IMG/VR virus record: IMGVR_UViG_3300037011_001068
Location: 41,757 to 105,756 of that record
Reading direction: 5' to 3' (one strand)
DNA: 64,000 nucleotides
From: a virus
Part shown: positions 1-9,924 of the stretch, in pieces
Layout of the letters: each line of letters begins with the position of its first letter
How positions within the stretch are numbered: position 1 is the first letter of the stretch
Notes under the pieces: generated by a model
The model's input: the letters and a program-made list of their open reading frames with translations, nothing else
The model's database searches: none
Told to the model about the DNA's origin: nothing
Made by a program: the position numbers and the translations under genes

Positions 1-981
1 ATGATGCTTGTATTTTCGGATTTGCATTTGCGGGAAGAGACCGCAGAAGTTGTCTTTAAATCTGTACTTCCGGGTATCTTGCAGGCTGCAATTAAGCGTA
101 AAATCATGGTTATCGCCTGCTTGGGGGATTTTTATCATCTGCGTTACCGTATTTCTGTATTTCTGCAAAACAAGGTGGCGGAGTGGCTTCGGGAGACGGG
201 GAAGCGGGGCATTCATGTGGTGCTTCTTCCGGGGAACCATGATCAAGTGGATAGCCATGGTCGCCATGCGCTCGAGGTGTTCCGAGAATTCCCGCATGTC
301 CATGTGATCGATGAGCCGAAAAGCCGGGATGATGGGCTCTGGATTCCTTACCGGCAGGACCCGGAGGAGCTCGAGTGCGCGTTTAAGATCAAGAAGCACC
401 CTTACCAGGACCCGGTAGTGTGGATGCATCATGGGGTTCGAGGGGCGCTTATGAATGCCAGAAAGAAAGATGAAGATGGGATTGATCCGACGTTTTTTGA
501 GAAGCGTAAAGTTCAAGTGTTTTGCGGGCATTATCACAAAAGGCAGAAGGTCGGGGTGGTGCAGTACGTTGGAAGCCCCTATCAGACGCGAGCGGATGAG
601 GCGGGGGATCCCAAGGGCTTCATGATCCTTTCCAAGCAGCATGGGGTTGAATTTGTGGATACTGCTTGGGGACCTCGGTTTCATGTTTTCCGCTTTGAAG
701 CGGGGAAGCCCTTTCTCCTCGAGGGAGTGGCTCCGGGAGATGAAGTGAGGGCTGTGGCTGGCCCGGGGGTTCTGCCGGAGCAAGTAGGCCAATTTCTTCA
801 GAGTCAAGGAATCCAGAAATTTGTTGTGTCGGCGGAAATGGAGGCTTCTGGATCTCGGCTGCAGGTACGGCCCGGGGCAACAATCCTGGATTATGCTGAG
901 GCTTACGTCAGGGAATTCCGCGGGCAGTTGGATGCTTCATTTTTGATGGAGGTGTTGGAGGGATTCGCTCGTGAAATTTGA
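1..981 (+). CDS. sbcD: SbcD/Mre11-like metallophosphoesterase nuclease (T4 gp47-like)
   Basis: SDLH, GDFYH, GNHD and GHYH metallophosphoesterase motifs; adjacent to SbcC. Confidence 0.9.
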   Translation: MMLVFSDLHLREETAEVVFKSVLPGILQAAIKRKIMVIACLGDFYHLRYRISVFLQNKVAEWLRETGKRGIHVVLLPGNHDQVDSHGRHALEVFREFPHVHVIDEPKSRDDGLWIPYRQDPEELECAFKIKKHPYQDPVVWMHHGVRGALMNARKKDEDGIDPTFFEKRKVQVFCGHYHKRQKVGVVQYVGSPYQTRADEAGDPKGFMILSKQHGVEFVDTAWGPRFHVFRFEAGKPFLLEGVAPGDEVRAVAGPGVLPEQVGQFLQSQGIQKFVVSAEMEASGSRLQVRPGATILDYAEAYVREFRGQLDASFLMEVLEGFAREI

Positions 982-3010
982 ATACCTGGAGCTCGAGAAT
1001 TATGGCTCTTTTTTTGGCAAGCATCGGTTGGACCTCGCGGACCGGGGGCTTCTTCTTGTGTCTGGGGATAACCGGGATGACCCCCGCACCAGTTCCAATG
1101 GGGCGGGGAAGAGCACGATCTTCGATGCGCTCGATTGGGCCCTCTTTGGCGCGGTGCCGCGGGGGGATCGGGTGGAGTCGGTGGTCAATGCCGAGGCTTC
1201 TGAGTGTCGGGTGCGGGTCGGGATCAGGACTGATAGTGGTGAGGCTCTCGTGGTGGAGAGGACACGGGTGGAGGGGGCTACCGGGCTTGCGCTCTGGCAA
1301 GGTGGCCAGGAGGTTCGTTGTCTTGATGTCACAGAAACCCAGAACGTCCTTGAGCAGAAGCTCGGTCTTGACCGGGAGGTTTTCCACGCCGCTGTTCTCT
1401 TTTCCCAGGGCGATCTGACTCATTACGCGGATGAGACGGATGCCGGGAAGATGGACATCCTCACGCGGATTCTCCAGTTGGGTGTGATTGACCAGTTGCA
1501 GGGGGTGGCAAAGAAGCGTCTTGCCGCCTTGGAGGAAGAGCTCCTGGAAGTTGATCGGGTACTTGTGGATATCCGCGGGCAGATTTCTGGATTGGAGAGT
1601 GCTGGAGTGGCAAGCCAGGCGCAGGCCTGGGAAGAGCAGCGGCAGAAGGAGCTCGCTTTTGTCCGGGCGGAGATAGTTCGCCGGCAGCAAGCCATTCAGC
1701 AATTGCCGGTGTCCACCGGTTTGTCCGCGGGGGCCATCCGGGCGGAAATGGAGGCGCTTCAGAAATCGGGGGCAGCCTACGGTTCGCCGGAAGAGCGTTC
1801 GGCGCTTTTGGCGGCCGAGCAGGCGGTGGCGGAGTGGAAGGCGGAGCTCCGGCAGCGGGACCAGGAGATCGGGATTATCCGGGGCGAGATGGAACGGTTT
1901 CGCACTTTCAAGGGGGAGGTTTGCTCTTTATGCGGGCAGCCGGTGACGCAGGAGCATTTGGGGCGTGAGTATGCCTTGAGAGGGCAGAAGCTCCAGGGCC
2001 TCCTGCAAGCTAAGGGGGAGGCCGAGAGTACCCTGGGAGCCTGGGAAGCCCGCTTGGGGGAGCTCAAGGCTTCAGAGCAGGCAAAGAATCGAGCTTTGCA
2101 GGAGAGGATAGCAGCCGAGCGATCGAAGCTCTATGTGCTCCAGGAATCCCTCCGGAAGGCCGAGGCGCTCGAGCGTGAGGGGATTGAAGCGCAGCGAGCG
2201 TTCCAGGCAGAGCGGGACAAGGCGGAGGAGGTTTTCAGGCGGGTGAATCCTTTCCAGGCGCAGCAGGCGGAGCTCGACAAGAAGCGGCAGGAACTTGAGT
2301 GGAGGCTCAAGACTACGGAACATCTTTTGGGGCAACAGATGCTCCTGAAGGAGCATATCTTCTTTTGGGTGAAAGCCCTCGGCGCTAAGGGGCTCAAGAG
2401 TTACATCCTGGACCAACGTCTCCAGGAGCTCTCTGACGCGGTGAACGGGTGGCTGGCGCCTTTGACCGGGGGAGCTATGTGGTGTCGGTTCGATAGCACG
2501 AAGCAAACGAAGACTCGGGGCGTTCAGAATTCCCCTACTCTCCGGATTTTTCGGTGGGAGGGCGATGGAGTGGTCGCAGAGCGTGGGTACAAGAGTTGGA
2601 GCGGTGGCGAGAAACAGAGGATTTCTTTTGCCGTGGATTTTGGGCTTTCGCGGCTCCTTGCACGGCGGGCCAGAAATCAGTATGACTTGCTCATTCTTGA
2701 TGAGGTATTTAAACATCTTGATTCATCGGGGAAAGAAGCGGTAGTAGAGATGTTGCATGCTATCGCGCAGGAGAAATCGAGCGTTTTTGTTGTTGAGCAT
2801 GATCACGAGCTACAGGGGAGCTTTGAGCGTGTGATGGTGGTCCAGAAAATTAAACGTCGCAGTCAGATCAAGGAGGGATCCGATGGGATCCAGATCAAAG
2901 CGAAAAAAGCAATCAAAAGAGCGCCCGTCCACCATGTATCTGGTGAAGCCCTACCAGCGGGAAAATCTTGCAGAGCCCCCCTCCGAAGAGCACCCATTAT
3001 CGGCGGGTGA
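971..3010 (+). CDS. sbcC: SbcC/Rad50-like SMC ATPase (T4 gp46-like)
   Basis: Walker A NGAGKST, coiled coil with CSLC zinc hook, signature WSGGE, Walker B LILDE, H-loop VEH. Confidence 0.92.
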   Translation: MKFEYLELENYGSFFGKHRLDLADRGLLLVSGDNRDDPRTSSNGAGKSTIFDALDWALFGAVPRGDRVESVVNAEASECRVRVGIRTDSGEALVVERTRVEGATGLALWQGGQEVRCLDVTETQNVLEQKLGLDREVFHAAVLFSQGDLTHYADETDAGKMDILTRILQLGVIDQLQGVAKKRLAALEEELLEVDRVLVDIRGQISGLESAGVASQAQAWEEQRQKELAFVRAEIVRRQQAIQQLPVSTGLSAGAIRAEMEALQKSGAAYGSPEERSALLAAEQAVAEWKAELRQRDQEIGIIRGEMERFRTFKGEVCSLCGQPVTQEHLGREYALRGQKLQGLLQAKGEAESTLGAWEARLGELKASEQAKNRALQERIAAERSKLYVLQESLRKAEALEREGIEAQRAFQAERDKAEEVFRRVNPFQAQQAELDKKRQELEWRLKTTEHLLGQQMLLKEHIFFWVKALGAKGLKSYILDQRLQELSDAVNGWLAPLTGGAMWCRFDSTKQTKTRGVQNSPTLRIFRWEGDGVVAERGYKSWSGGEKQRISFAVDFGLSRLLARRARNQYDLLILDEVFKHLDSSGKEAVVEMLHAIAQEKSSVFVVEHDHELQGSFERVMVVQKIKRRSQIKEGSDGIQIKAKKAIKRAPVHHVSGEALPAGKSCRAPLRRAPIIGG

Positions 3011-3452
3011 GCCATTTTTCGTTCGCGGTGAGATCGATGGGGCTATTATTGTGAGCGTACCAGAGACTATCAGTAGGTCTTCCGCGGAAAATCTTCATAA
3101 GGCGTTTGCAGACACTTTTCCGGGGAAGCCTGTTCTTGTCCTCACACACAACGTACAATTTCTTGAATTGCGAAGGCTCACCGAGCAGGAGGAACAAAAG
3201 GTCAGGGCTTTCGTCCAAAGGAGCAACTCTGATGCCAGAGGGCTTGAAAAGAACGCCGATTCCCCTGCAGAAAAAGGATTGGGCGCTCAATCCGTCTCAA
3301 GTGGTGCTGGGGATAGACCCGGGCTTCGGGTCGTTGGGGATGGCGGTTTTGGAGGCGGAGCCCGGGAAGAAGCCTCGAACATTAGCAGCGCGCGTGGTGA
3401 GCACGGCGAGGGCGAGCAAGAAGCAAATCAAGGATTTTCGGGTAACGAATGA
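2883..3452 (+). CDS. hypothetical protein overlapping both neighbours
   Basis: AGGAGG RBS before ATG; globular middle with low-complexity ends in the overlaps. Confidence 0.55.
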   Translation: MGSRSKRKKQSKERPSTMYLVKPYQRENLAEPPSEEHPLSAGEPFFVRGEIDGAIIVSVPETISRSSAENLHKAFADTFPGKPVLVLTHNVQFLELRRLTEQEEQKVRAFVQRSNSDARGLEKNADSPAEKGLGAQSVSSGAGDRPGLRVVGDGGFGGGAREEASNISSARGEHGEGEQEANQGFSGNE

Positions 3453-3891
3453 TGATCAGCGGCGTGTTTCTGAAATTTACTATGCGTTAGAGGGTGTCTA
3501 CAGCGAATTTCACCCCGGTTCTGTTGGCGTGGAAGCGTATAACCCTTTTCGGAAGATGGGAAAGGGCGCTGGACCTCGGCAAAGCACAATTTCTGGATGG
3601 AAGGCGGGTGGTATTTATTTTGGCGTGAATTTTTGGGCTTTATCCCGGCATCTTCTCATTACGGCATTTTTGCCGATGGATCTGAAAAAGAGATTTTGTG
3701 GGAAAATTTCCGCGTCAAAAGAAGAGGTGGAGAAGGCGCTTTACAGCCAGGTGGATGGGCTTTACCCTGTGATCCAGCAATTGCCGGTGACCAAGCGGGA
3801 GCACGCAGCAGATGCCGCGGGGCATGCTGTTCTCGTCCTGGAAGAGGTGTGGCGCATGCGGCAAATGCTTGGTTTAGGAGGTGCCGAGTGA
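3232..3891 (+). CDS. ruvC: RuvC-like Holliday junction resolvase
   Basis: VLGIDPG, GVEAY, ASKEEV and EHAADA motifs; start moved to ATG 3232 behind AAGGAG. Confidence 0.87.
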   Translation: MPEGLKRTPIPLQKKDWALNPSQVVLGIDPGFGSLGMAVLEAEPGKKPRTLAARVVSTARASKKQIKDFRVTNDDQRRVSEIYYALEGVYSEFHPGSVGVEAYNPFRKMGKGAGPRQSTISGWKAGGIYFGVNFWALSRHLLITAFLPMDLKKRFCGKISASKEEVEKALYSQVDGLYPVIQQLPVTKREHAADAAGHAVLVLEEVWRMRQMLGLGGAE

Positions 3892-4217
3892 TTTTTTTAT
3901 TGAACACTGAATTGGTCCTGTCTGAAATTTTGGAGCTTGCCTTGTTGAACGTTTCAAAGGCGCTTGATGTACCGAAATCGAAGGTGCGTATCTCCCTGAA
4001 TTTCTCGGATGGGAAGCTTGTTCCAGATTTCAGGGTGGACAAGGATTTTTCGGATGTGCTCGAGCAGCAGAAGGCGGAAGAGGCGATTCGGGCCATTTGG
4101 CTTGAAAATATGAAGCCGGAGCTCACGACGCGATTTCGTGGGCTTAAGGAGCGGCGTTATGTTGACCGAAGAGACAAAGCCTCGGAGGCGGCGTCCAATC
4201 CATCCGCCGAAGGCTAA
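3888..4217 (+). CDS. hypothetical protein
   Basis: GTG start overlapping ruvC stop, AGGAGG upstream. Confidence 0.6.
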   Translation: MIFLLNTELVLSEILELALLNVSKALDVPKSKVRISLNFSDGKLVPDFRVDKDFSDVLEQQKAEEAIRAIWLENMKPELTTRFRGLKERRYVDRRDKASEAASNPSAEG

Positions 4218-4950
4218 GGCAGCTCCCAGAGTCACTCTGGCGCCGGATGCGGTGCTCGAGGCACGCCGGATAACACGGGGCACTCAAGAGCAGCCGGAGT
4301 GGGTGCTGGATGGGACCTCGGAGAATCCAGAGGATTCGATTTCCACCGCCTGGCTGCGGCAGCTTGCGGGGATCCAATATTCTACTTCGCAGGCGGGAAT
4401 CACCGTGCCGGAAATGAGTCGTATGCCTCCGTTTGACCATGTGTCGATTCGGACGCTCGAGGGATGGTGCGCGTATGATCATTGGGAGGATAAGCGGAAA
4501 GAGTATTTTGCTCGGCTGCGAGATCAAATTGAGCAGCGGCTCGCAGCGTCAGTGGTGGAGACGCGTGTCCAGCATTTGCAGCGAATCGACAGCATTGCCG
4601 AAGCCATTATAGCTGACATTGAGAGCAAAGAGGTTGGTTACAAGAGCAGGGAAGGCATGATCACGGCTCTAGTAAAATTGCTGGAGGTTGGGGATCGCAT
4701 GCGTGAAAAGGTTGCTGCTCGGATAGCTCCTAAGCTCGATTGTGCGGGTGTCCTCACCCTCACAGCAGAGCTTTCCGAAGATGAAGCTCGTGCTGCAGCC
4801 AAGTTGATTATGAAGACTCGGCGAGAGAAGCTTCGGGCGGGGTTACCTAGTCCAGAAATTCGAGAGCAGGATTCTGGGGAACCAGGCCGTTCTAAAATGA
4901 TCCGTCGTCCGGTATGCGATGGTAAGAATAATGGCGAAACGGTGGAGTAA
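4159..4950 (+). CDS. HTH-containing helical protein, possible terminase small subunit
   Basis: VSIRTLEGW..DHWEDKRKEY HTH-like segment followed by helices, as in some TerS; function is inference. Confidence 0.45.
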   Translation: MLTEETKPRRRRPIHPPKAKAAPRVTLAPDAVLEARRITRGTQEQPEWVLDGTSENPEDSISTAWLRQLAGIQYSTSQAGITVPEMSRMPPFDHVSIRTLEGWCAYDHWEDKRKEYFARLRDQIEQRLAASVVETRVQHLQRIDSIAEAIIADIESKEVGYKSREGMITALVKLLEVGDRMREKVAARIAPKLDCAGVLTLTAELSEDEARAAAKLIMKTRREKLRAGLPSPEIREQDSGEPGRSKMIRRPVCDGKNNGETVE

Positions 4951-5638
4951 AAAGGAAGAGAATCAGTTGTTGCAAGGTGCAGGAGTTTATGGGCTTTCTT
5001 GGTTCCAGAGACACACTGAGAGCGCCTACTCCTGGCCGAATGCTCCGAAAGGAAGATCGTACAAAGCGCTGTACTCTAAGGCTCGCCGGCTTTTTGGTCT
5101 TGGCGGATTTTCCAAAGGGAGCTATTCGCTGTCCAAGGCTTGTCGAATGACGGGATACTCGAAAACGCAATTGCGACGGGCTCAAGCGGCGTTAGGCCAA
5201 AAATGGAAGCGGCTGTCTTCCACGGGGAGCTACCTGATTTTTGAGGAGCAGCTAGGGGAGCTGTCTGATTGGCTGGGGAAAGACTACTGGTATCGGAAGG
5301 GGCGTCTTTATTGCTGTTCATGGTGCCACACGGAAAAGAGGGCGCATAGAAGCCAGGGGCTTTGCTCTAAGTGCTATTCCAAGTATGCAGCGCGGTTACG
5401 TCGAATGGGGGTTCCTTTGCGCGCTGAGGATTTGCTGGACTACTTGAATGCTCATGAGAATGCTGGTAAGGTGCCACAGGCTGTGAAAACAGCGCTGGAG
5501 AAGAAAATAGCCATACCGGAGAAGGAGCTTTTGACGTTAATAAAATCGTGGAGAAATCATGCTCGTTCACTTGAAGATGGACGATTCGGATTTCGATCTA
5601 TTGATTCGGGCCTTGAGTGCAGGGAGGTTATCAAGTGA
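4931..5638 (+). CDS. putative DNA-binding protein (Myb-like N-terminus, HTH, Cys cluster)
   Basis: RWSKKEENQL, LSKACRMTGYSKTQLRR, CSWC..GLCSKC. Confidence 0.55.
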   Translation: MAKRWSKKEENQLLQGAGVYGLSWFQRHTESAYSWPNAPKGRSYKALYSKARRLFGLGGFSKGSYSLSKACRMTGYSKTQLRRAQAALGQKWKRLSSTGSYLIFEEQLGELSDWLGKDYWYRKGRLYCCSWCHTEKRAHRSQGLCSKCYSKYAARLRRMGVPLRAEDLLDYLNAHENAGKVPQAVKTALEKKIAIPEKELLTLIKSWRNHARSLEDGRFGFRSIDSGLECREVIK

Positions 5639-5928
5639 TTTTACCGAGAGAGAGGCAGCCACGCTCAAAAAACTCGCTGAACGTTTGTTCCAAGAAAAAG
5701 AGGCGCAAGAAAATAGATCATTTGGCGATAGCAAGTAAATTTTTGAATTTATCTTTGCGGGATTTTAGGGATGAAGGGCTGGAGTCTTACGATATAATGC
5801 TTATTTTGCATTATGTTTTGAAGTTAGCGCAGGGAAGTTGCCAGGATCATGCGATGGTAGCAGCGGCGATTATGGAGGTGGAGGCTACCTTTGCGCTTTT
5901 CCATAATACGGCGGGAGATCCGGCTTGA
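5635..5928 (+). CDS. hypothetical protein
   Basis: GTGA start/stop overlap, GGAGG RBS. Confidence 0.55.
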   Translation: MILPRERQPRSKNSLNVCSKKKRRKKIDHLAIASKFLNLSLRDFRDEGLESYDIMLILHYVLKLAQGSCQDHAMVAAAIMEVEATFALFHNTAGDPA

Positions 5929-6956
5929 GTCTTAGTATCAAAAAGGCTATACAGCGTGTGTATAAAGTTACTGGAAGCGTGAAAGAAAAAAGTTCCATGT
6001 TTCGATGTATGCGATTTCTTCCAGGTTCCGAGAAGAATCCTCCTTTTTTGTACGGGACAGATGGGTTGATTTTTTCGATTGTTGCCTTGGATAGGAATGT
6101 ACCCCTTTTGCTTTTGGATGGTCATCTATTAGCGAAAGTGTCAAAAGATCCTGGAGAGCTAGAGCTTATTGAGACAGGGTATGGTCTTGTTCAGATCAAG
6201 AGCTCCACGGCAACGTATGCGCTTGAGAGCATCGATGAAAAGCGCTATCCTTTTTTTCCTTACTGGCCAGAGAGCGGGTTTGTTTTTATGGAAGCTTGGG
6301 ATCTCGTTCGGAAAGTATTTTACGCTGCAGCAAAGGCAAAAGAGGCTTCCCACTTGGCGTTTGTGCATTTTGCTTCCCATTACGTGGAGGCGACAGATCA
6401 GGCACGTATCGCGCGGGTGGGTGTCGAATGGCCTTATTCAGGGGTGGTTCCCTCGGCGGTTTTTCGGTCTTTTCCCGAGGGCTTTGTTCAGGTGGCTTTC
6501 ACGGAGGAACACGCTTTTTTTTCGGTGGGCGATGAAATGCGAATCGCTCCATTATTTCGTGGATCTTTCGTGGTAACGGACAAGCTCTTACCAGCGAATC
6601 ATGCGGGGGCAAGAGTGCTTCTTTCGACCTCGCAATTTCAGCATGTGGTGAGCCAGGGGCAGTTGATTGCTGAGCGTGGTTTTATTCATCTTTACTTCAG
6701 TGCAGATTGTGTTAATGCAGAATGCTGGGGACGGGATATCGCACGGAAGGTGTTCATCGGATCGCTCCCTGTTTTGCATGCGAAAGACGTGGGGCAGCCA
6801 GTGAAGATTCTCGTCGATGGGCGTTACCTGAAAGAGGCTTTGAGGCCTGTAGAGACTCCCAACGTTCAGATCTGTTTTTCGGAGGATCCTGTGATCCCTT
6901 TACGGATCGAGAGTGGTGCTTACGTGGCATGCGTTTGGCAAATGCTGGACCAGTGA
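5925..6956 (+). CDS. DNA polymerase sliding clamp (DnaN/beta-like)
   Basis: EATDQARIA (cf. VATDGHRLA), DGRYLKEAL..VQICF..PLRI C-terminus, beta-clamp size. Confidence 0.7.
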   Translation: MSLSIKKAIQRVYKVTGSVKEKSSMFRCMRFLPGSEKNPPFLYGTDGLIFSIVALDRNVPLLLLDGHLLAKVSKDPGELELIETGYGLVQIKSSTATYALESIDEKRYPFFPYWPESGFVFMEAWDLVRKVFYAAAKAKEASHLAFVHFASHYVEATDQARIARVGVEWPYSGVVPSAVFRSFPEGFVQVAFTEEHAFFSVGDEMRIAPLFRGSFVVTDKLLPANHAGARVLLSTSQFQHVVSQGQLIAERGFIHLYFSADCVNAECWGRDIARKVFIGSLPVLHAKDVGQPVKILVDGRYLKEALRPVETPNVQICFSEDPVIPLRIESGAYVACVWQMLDQ

Positions 6957-6970
6957 TTGGAGGCCTAGAA

Positions 6971-8074
6971 ATGGATGCAAAAGAGTTTTTTGGGGAGCTC
7001 ACGGAATTTTCTAGACGAGTGTTTAAGAAGCTTCGCGTTGGAAATCAGAGTCCGTGGGGAGGTGTGCCTATGAAAAATGGCGCACCTAAAGGGGTCATTC
7101 TACATGGAACCTCGGCGCCGGAGCCTTTGGGATCGATCGGTTGGTTCATGAAGCAGGAGCTTCGATCGAATGTTTCTGCTCATGTCGTGATCGGTCAGGA
7201 TTGGCCGGCTGGCTATCAGGATCTTGCGAAAGATCTTCCTTTAATTCATGAGTTGCCGGCCATGATTGTTGAGTGCATGCCGTGGAATCTTGTCGCGCAG
7301 CATGCTACCTGGACCAATGCTACCTGCTATGGCGTTGAGCTTGTGAGTCTCGGAGAAATCCGGAATTTTAGTGGGCAATGGCGCGATTGGCGCGCCAACT
7401 GGACGAAACCTTACCCGAGAGAAGATCCCCCGGTTTTTTCTTGCGGCCGCTATTGGGATCCTTACCCTTTGGGGCAATTTGAAACGACGGTTGCTTTGCT
7501 CCGGAACTTGCGAGAGCTTGCACCCTTGGAGGAAGTTTGGGTTCTCGGTCATGAGCAGGTGCAGGGGGTTTCTACTAACGTGGCTCTTGGGCGGGATAAA
7601 CGCGATCCAGGGCCCCACTTTAATCTTGCGCTTTTGCGGGGGGCGGTATTTCACGGCGTTTCTGGAAATCTGGATGACTCGAGCGTGAGCACTCCTTATT
7701 TCAGTAGCATGGATAGATATAGGAATCATACGGTATGCTCTTGGGCGAGAACATATTGGCAGGCGCAGGTAGCAGCGGGAGAGGCATTCGATGGTTTTGT
7801 CGAAAGGTGCTGGTGGGAGCTGGAAAGGGAACTTTGGCAACCTGATTTTGTGAAAGGTAAACTGTCGTTCACCCCGCTTGGAAGGGTGGCTCTCTCTCTT
7901 CTTGGTTATCATGTATATTCGATTCCCGTGCTTGATATGCAGCCAGAGGATTTAGAATCGGTGCGGATTTTTCAGCGGATGGCTGGATGTACCGTCGATG
8001 GGGATCCGGGTTCAGAGACCCGGGAGGCGCTCTTGAGCAGGCTCCTTGATCGTGGCTGCATCGATCGCAGTTGA
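6971..8074 (+). CDS. N-acetylmuramoyl-L-alanine amidase (endolysin) with C-terminal peptidoglycan-binding domain
   Basis: VILHGT, SAH, GVEL, LGHE, KRDPGP Amidase_2 motifs; VRIFQ..G.TVDGDPG.ET PG-binding motif; start at ATG 6971. Confidence 0.88.
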   Translation: MDAKEFFGELTEFSRRVFKKLRVGNQSPWGGVPMKNGAPKGVILHGTSAPEPLGSIGWFMKQELRSNVSAHVVIGQDWPAGYQDLAKDLPLIHELPAMIVECMPWNLVAQHATWTNATCYGVELVSLGEIRNFSGQWRDWRANWTKPYPREDPPVFSCGRYWDPYPLGQFETTVALLRNLRELAPLEEVWVLGHEQVQGVSTNVALGRDKRDPGPHFNLALLRGAVFHGVSGNLDDSSVSTPYFSSMDRYRNHTVCSWARTYWQAQVAAGEAFDGFVERCWWELERELWQPDFVKGKLSFTPLGRVALSLLGYHVYSIPVLDMQPEDLESVRIFQRMAGCTVDGDPGSETREALLSRLLDRGCIDRS

Positions 8075-8141
8075 CGAAAAGCTTTCTTCTTTTCAGTACA
8101 TAAAGAAAAAAAGATTTCTTGATTTCAATGCTTCTTTTTTC

Positions 8142-8170
8142 TTGACATAGGAGGCAATTTGCCTCATACT
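8142..8170 (+). promoter_or_regulatory. sigma70-type promoter with palindromic operator (copy 1)
   Basis: TTGACA-17bp-CATACT; contains GAGGCAA-T-TTGCCTC; AT-rich upstream. Confidence 0.8.
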
Positions 8171-8213
8171 GAGATCAAGATCGGAAACAGGGTAAAAACC
8201 AAAGGAGAAGAAA

Positions 8214-8609
8214 ATGACGAAGTTCAGTTTGACGTTCAGTATTTCAGGAATTCCGGCAATCTTTCGGGTGTTGAATCACACATCGCAGAAGGACAAGATC
8301 GTGGTCAAGGTTGAGAAGGATCTGGCCATGTATACCCTCGTTAAGGGTGTCCTTGCGGAAGCGGGGGCCAACTCCATGGCGAGTTGGGAAGGAACCCACT
8401 TTTTCATCGTGGAGTACATCCGGGCGGAGTTCTTCCAGGCAATGGGTCAGATTCAGGAGCGTATGACCCAGCGGGAGGGGTCCCAGGAGCCTCAGGAGAC
8501 TGAGAAGAAGCCCCAGGAGGCTGGAGAGACCTCGGAAGAGGAGCCTCAGGAGGCTAGTGGGGTGTCGGCAGAGGAGCCTCTCCTTCTTTCCCCGCCGGGC
8601 GATTGCTGA
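8214..8609 (+). CDS. hypothetical protein with acidic tail
   Basis: AAGGAG RBS; first gene after promoter. Confidence 0.7.
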   Translation: MTKFSLTFSISGIPAIFRVLNHTSQKDKIVVKVEKDLAMYTLVKGVLAEAGANSMASWEGTHFFIVEYIRAEFFQAMGQIQERMTQREGSQEPQETEKKPQEAGETSEEEPQEASGVSAEEPLLLSPPGDC

Positions 8610-8631
8610 AGGGGATGGTAGGGGGGGGTTG

Positions 8632-8651
8632 GGCCCAAGGGGGCCTTTTTT
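8632..8651 (+). terminator. possible intrinsic terminator
   Basis: GGCCC-AAGG-GGGCC followed by T6. Confidence 0.45.
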
Positions 8652-8665
8652 GATCGGAGGATATC

Positions 8666-8890
8666 GTGACTTTACGAGAGGCTCTTGAAATGCCAGGAAT
8701 AGCGGTTCATACCTCGGGGAGGTATCTTTTGGACCGGCAGATTATCCCTCGGAGGTACATTTTCCTCGATTACATCGATCCCGAGGGGCCGGGGGGTTGG
8801 AGCAGCGCAGAGAATTTCGTCGGGGTTCGTTTCGCGTCAGCTCCCCCGGAGTTTCCGGAGGAGGACTGGATTCCGATTGATGAGTCATGA
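8666..8890 (+). CDS. hypothetical protein
   Basis: GGAGG RBS, GTG start. Confidence 0.6.
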   Translation: MTLREALEMPGIAVHTSGRYLLDRQIIPRRYIFLDYIDPEGPGGWSSAENFVGVRFASAPPEFPEEDWIPIDES

Positions 8891-8911
8891 CATAAGGGGG
8901 ATGGAGGCATT

Positions 8912-9871
8912 ATGCTGCGATTAGATCAAGACAAGGTTCGGGGGGTGGTGTTCGGGGTGGCAGTGGGGGATGCAATCGGATACCCTGTTGAGTTTCTTTC
9001 CAGAGATCAAATCCGAGAGGTTTGTGGGGGTTCGCTTCAGGGATACCTTCGTCTGGTGGATGGGGTGGCGGAGTATTCCGACGACACTCAGATGTTTTTG
9101 GCTGTTCTCCGAGGCCTTCTGAGGGCTATTGGGGGCAAGCTCTCGGTGGATTGGGATAGCATCCACCTGGCGGTGGCTGAGGAGCTTATTGCTTGGGGGA
9201 AATCTTCAGAGAATAACCGGGCTCCAGGAGCGGCGTGCATGTTCGGGGTCCATAACCTAGCCACGGGGGTTCATTGGAGGGAGGCTGGGAAGGTGCATGC
9301 TGGTGGGTGCGGGGCAGCCATGCGCTCCATGGCCTACGCTCTGGTATTTGATGTTCAGGCGGCCTGGGAGACCGCCAGGGCGCATGCAGCCATGACCCAT
9401 AGGTCTCCTTCAGGGGAAGCCTCTTCGGCAGCGGTAGCAGCTATCACAGGGCTTCTCCTGCGGGGCAAGAAACCTACGGACGCCTGTCTTCAGGGTCATA
9501 TTATTGCGCGGCGCATTGATCCTTTGACCGGGCAGCTCATCTGGGAGGCGATCGAGGCATCGCAGGAGATTCTTGAGGGGTCCTTATCGGGGGTGGGCCC
9601 TCGGATGGTGGAGCTCCTGGACAAATGGCGGGGCTGGACGGGCCATGAGGCGGTGGCCGCCTCGGTTCTGTGCTTCTTGGTTTCTCGGTCTTACCGCGAG
9701 GCTGTTCTGTGGGCGGTGAACAGCTCCGGGGATTCGGATTCTCTGGGGGCCATAACGGGGGCTTTCGCGGGGGCCCATTGGGGCTTTGCTTCTATCCCGC
9801 ATGCTTGGGTGGGTAGGATCGAGAATCGATTAGGGTTAGAGAAGATAGTGGAGTCCGCTTGTGAGGGGTGA
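8912..9871 (+). CDS. ADP-ribosylglycohydrolase (DraG/ARH family)
   Basis: GVAVGDAIG.PVEF, YSDDTQM, GCGAAMR, MTH, GDSDSLGAITGAFAGA. Confidence 0.93.
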   Translation: MLRLDQDKVRGVVFGVAVGDAIGYPVEFLSRDQIREVCGGSLQGYLRLVDGVAEYSDDTQMFLAVLRGLLRAIGGKLSVDWDSIHLAVAEELIAWGKSSENNRAPGAACMFGVHNLATGVHWREAGKVHAGGCGAAMRSMAYALVFDVQAAWETARAHAAMTHRSPSGEASSAAVAAITGLLLRGKKPTDACLQGHIIARRIDPLTGQLIWEAIEASQEILEGSLSGVGPRMVELLDKWRGWTGHEAVAASVLCFLVSRSYREAVLWAVNSSGDSDSLGAITGAFAGAHWGFASIPHAWVGRIENRLGLEKIVESACEG

Positions 9872-9924
9872 CCCTTCTCCTTTTAAATCTTTCCAGAAAG
9901 TCCAGAAATACGTTAAATAGGGGT

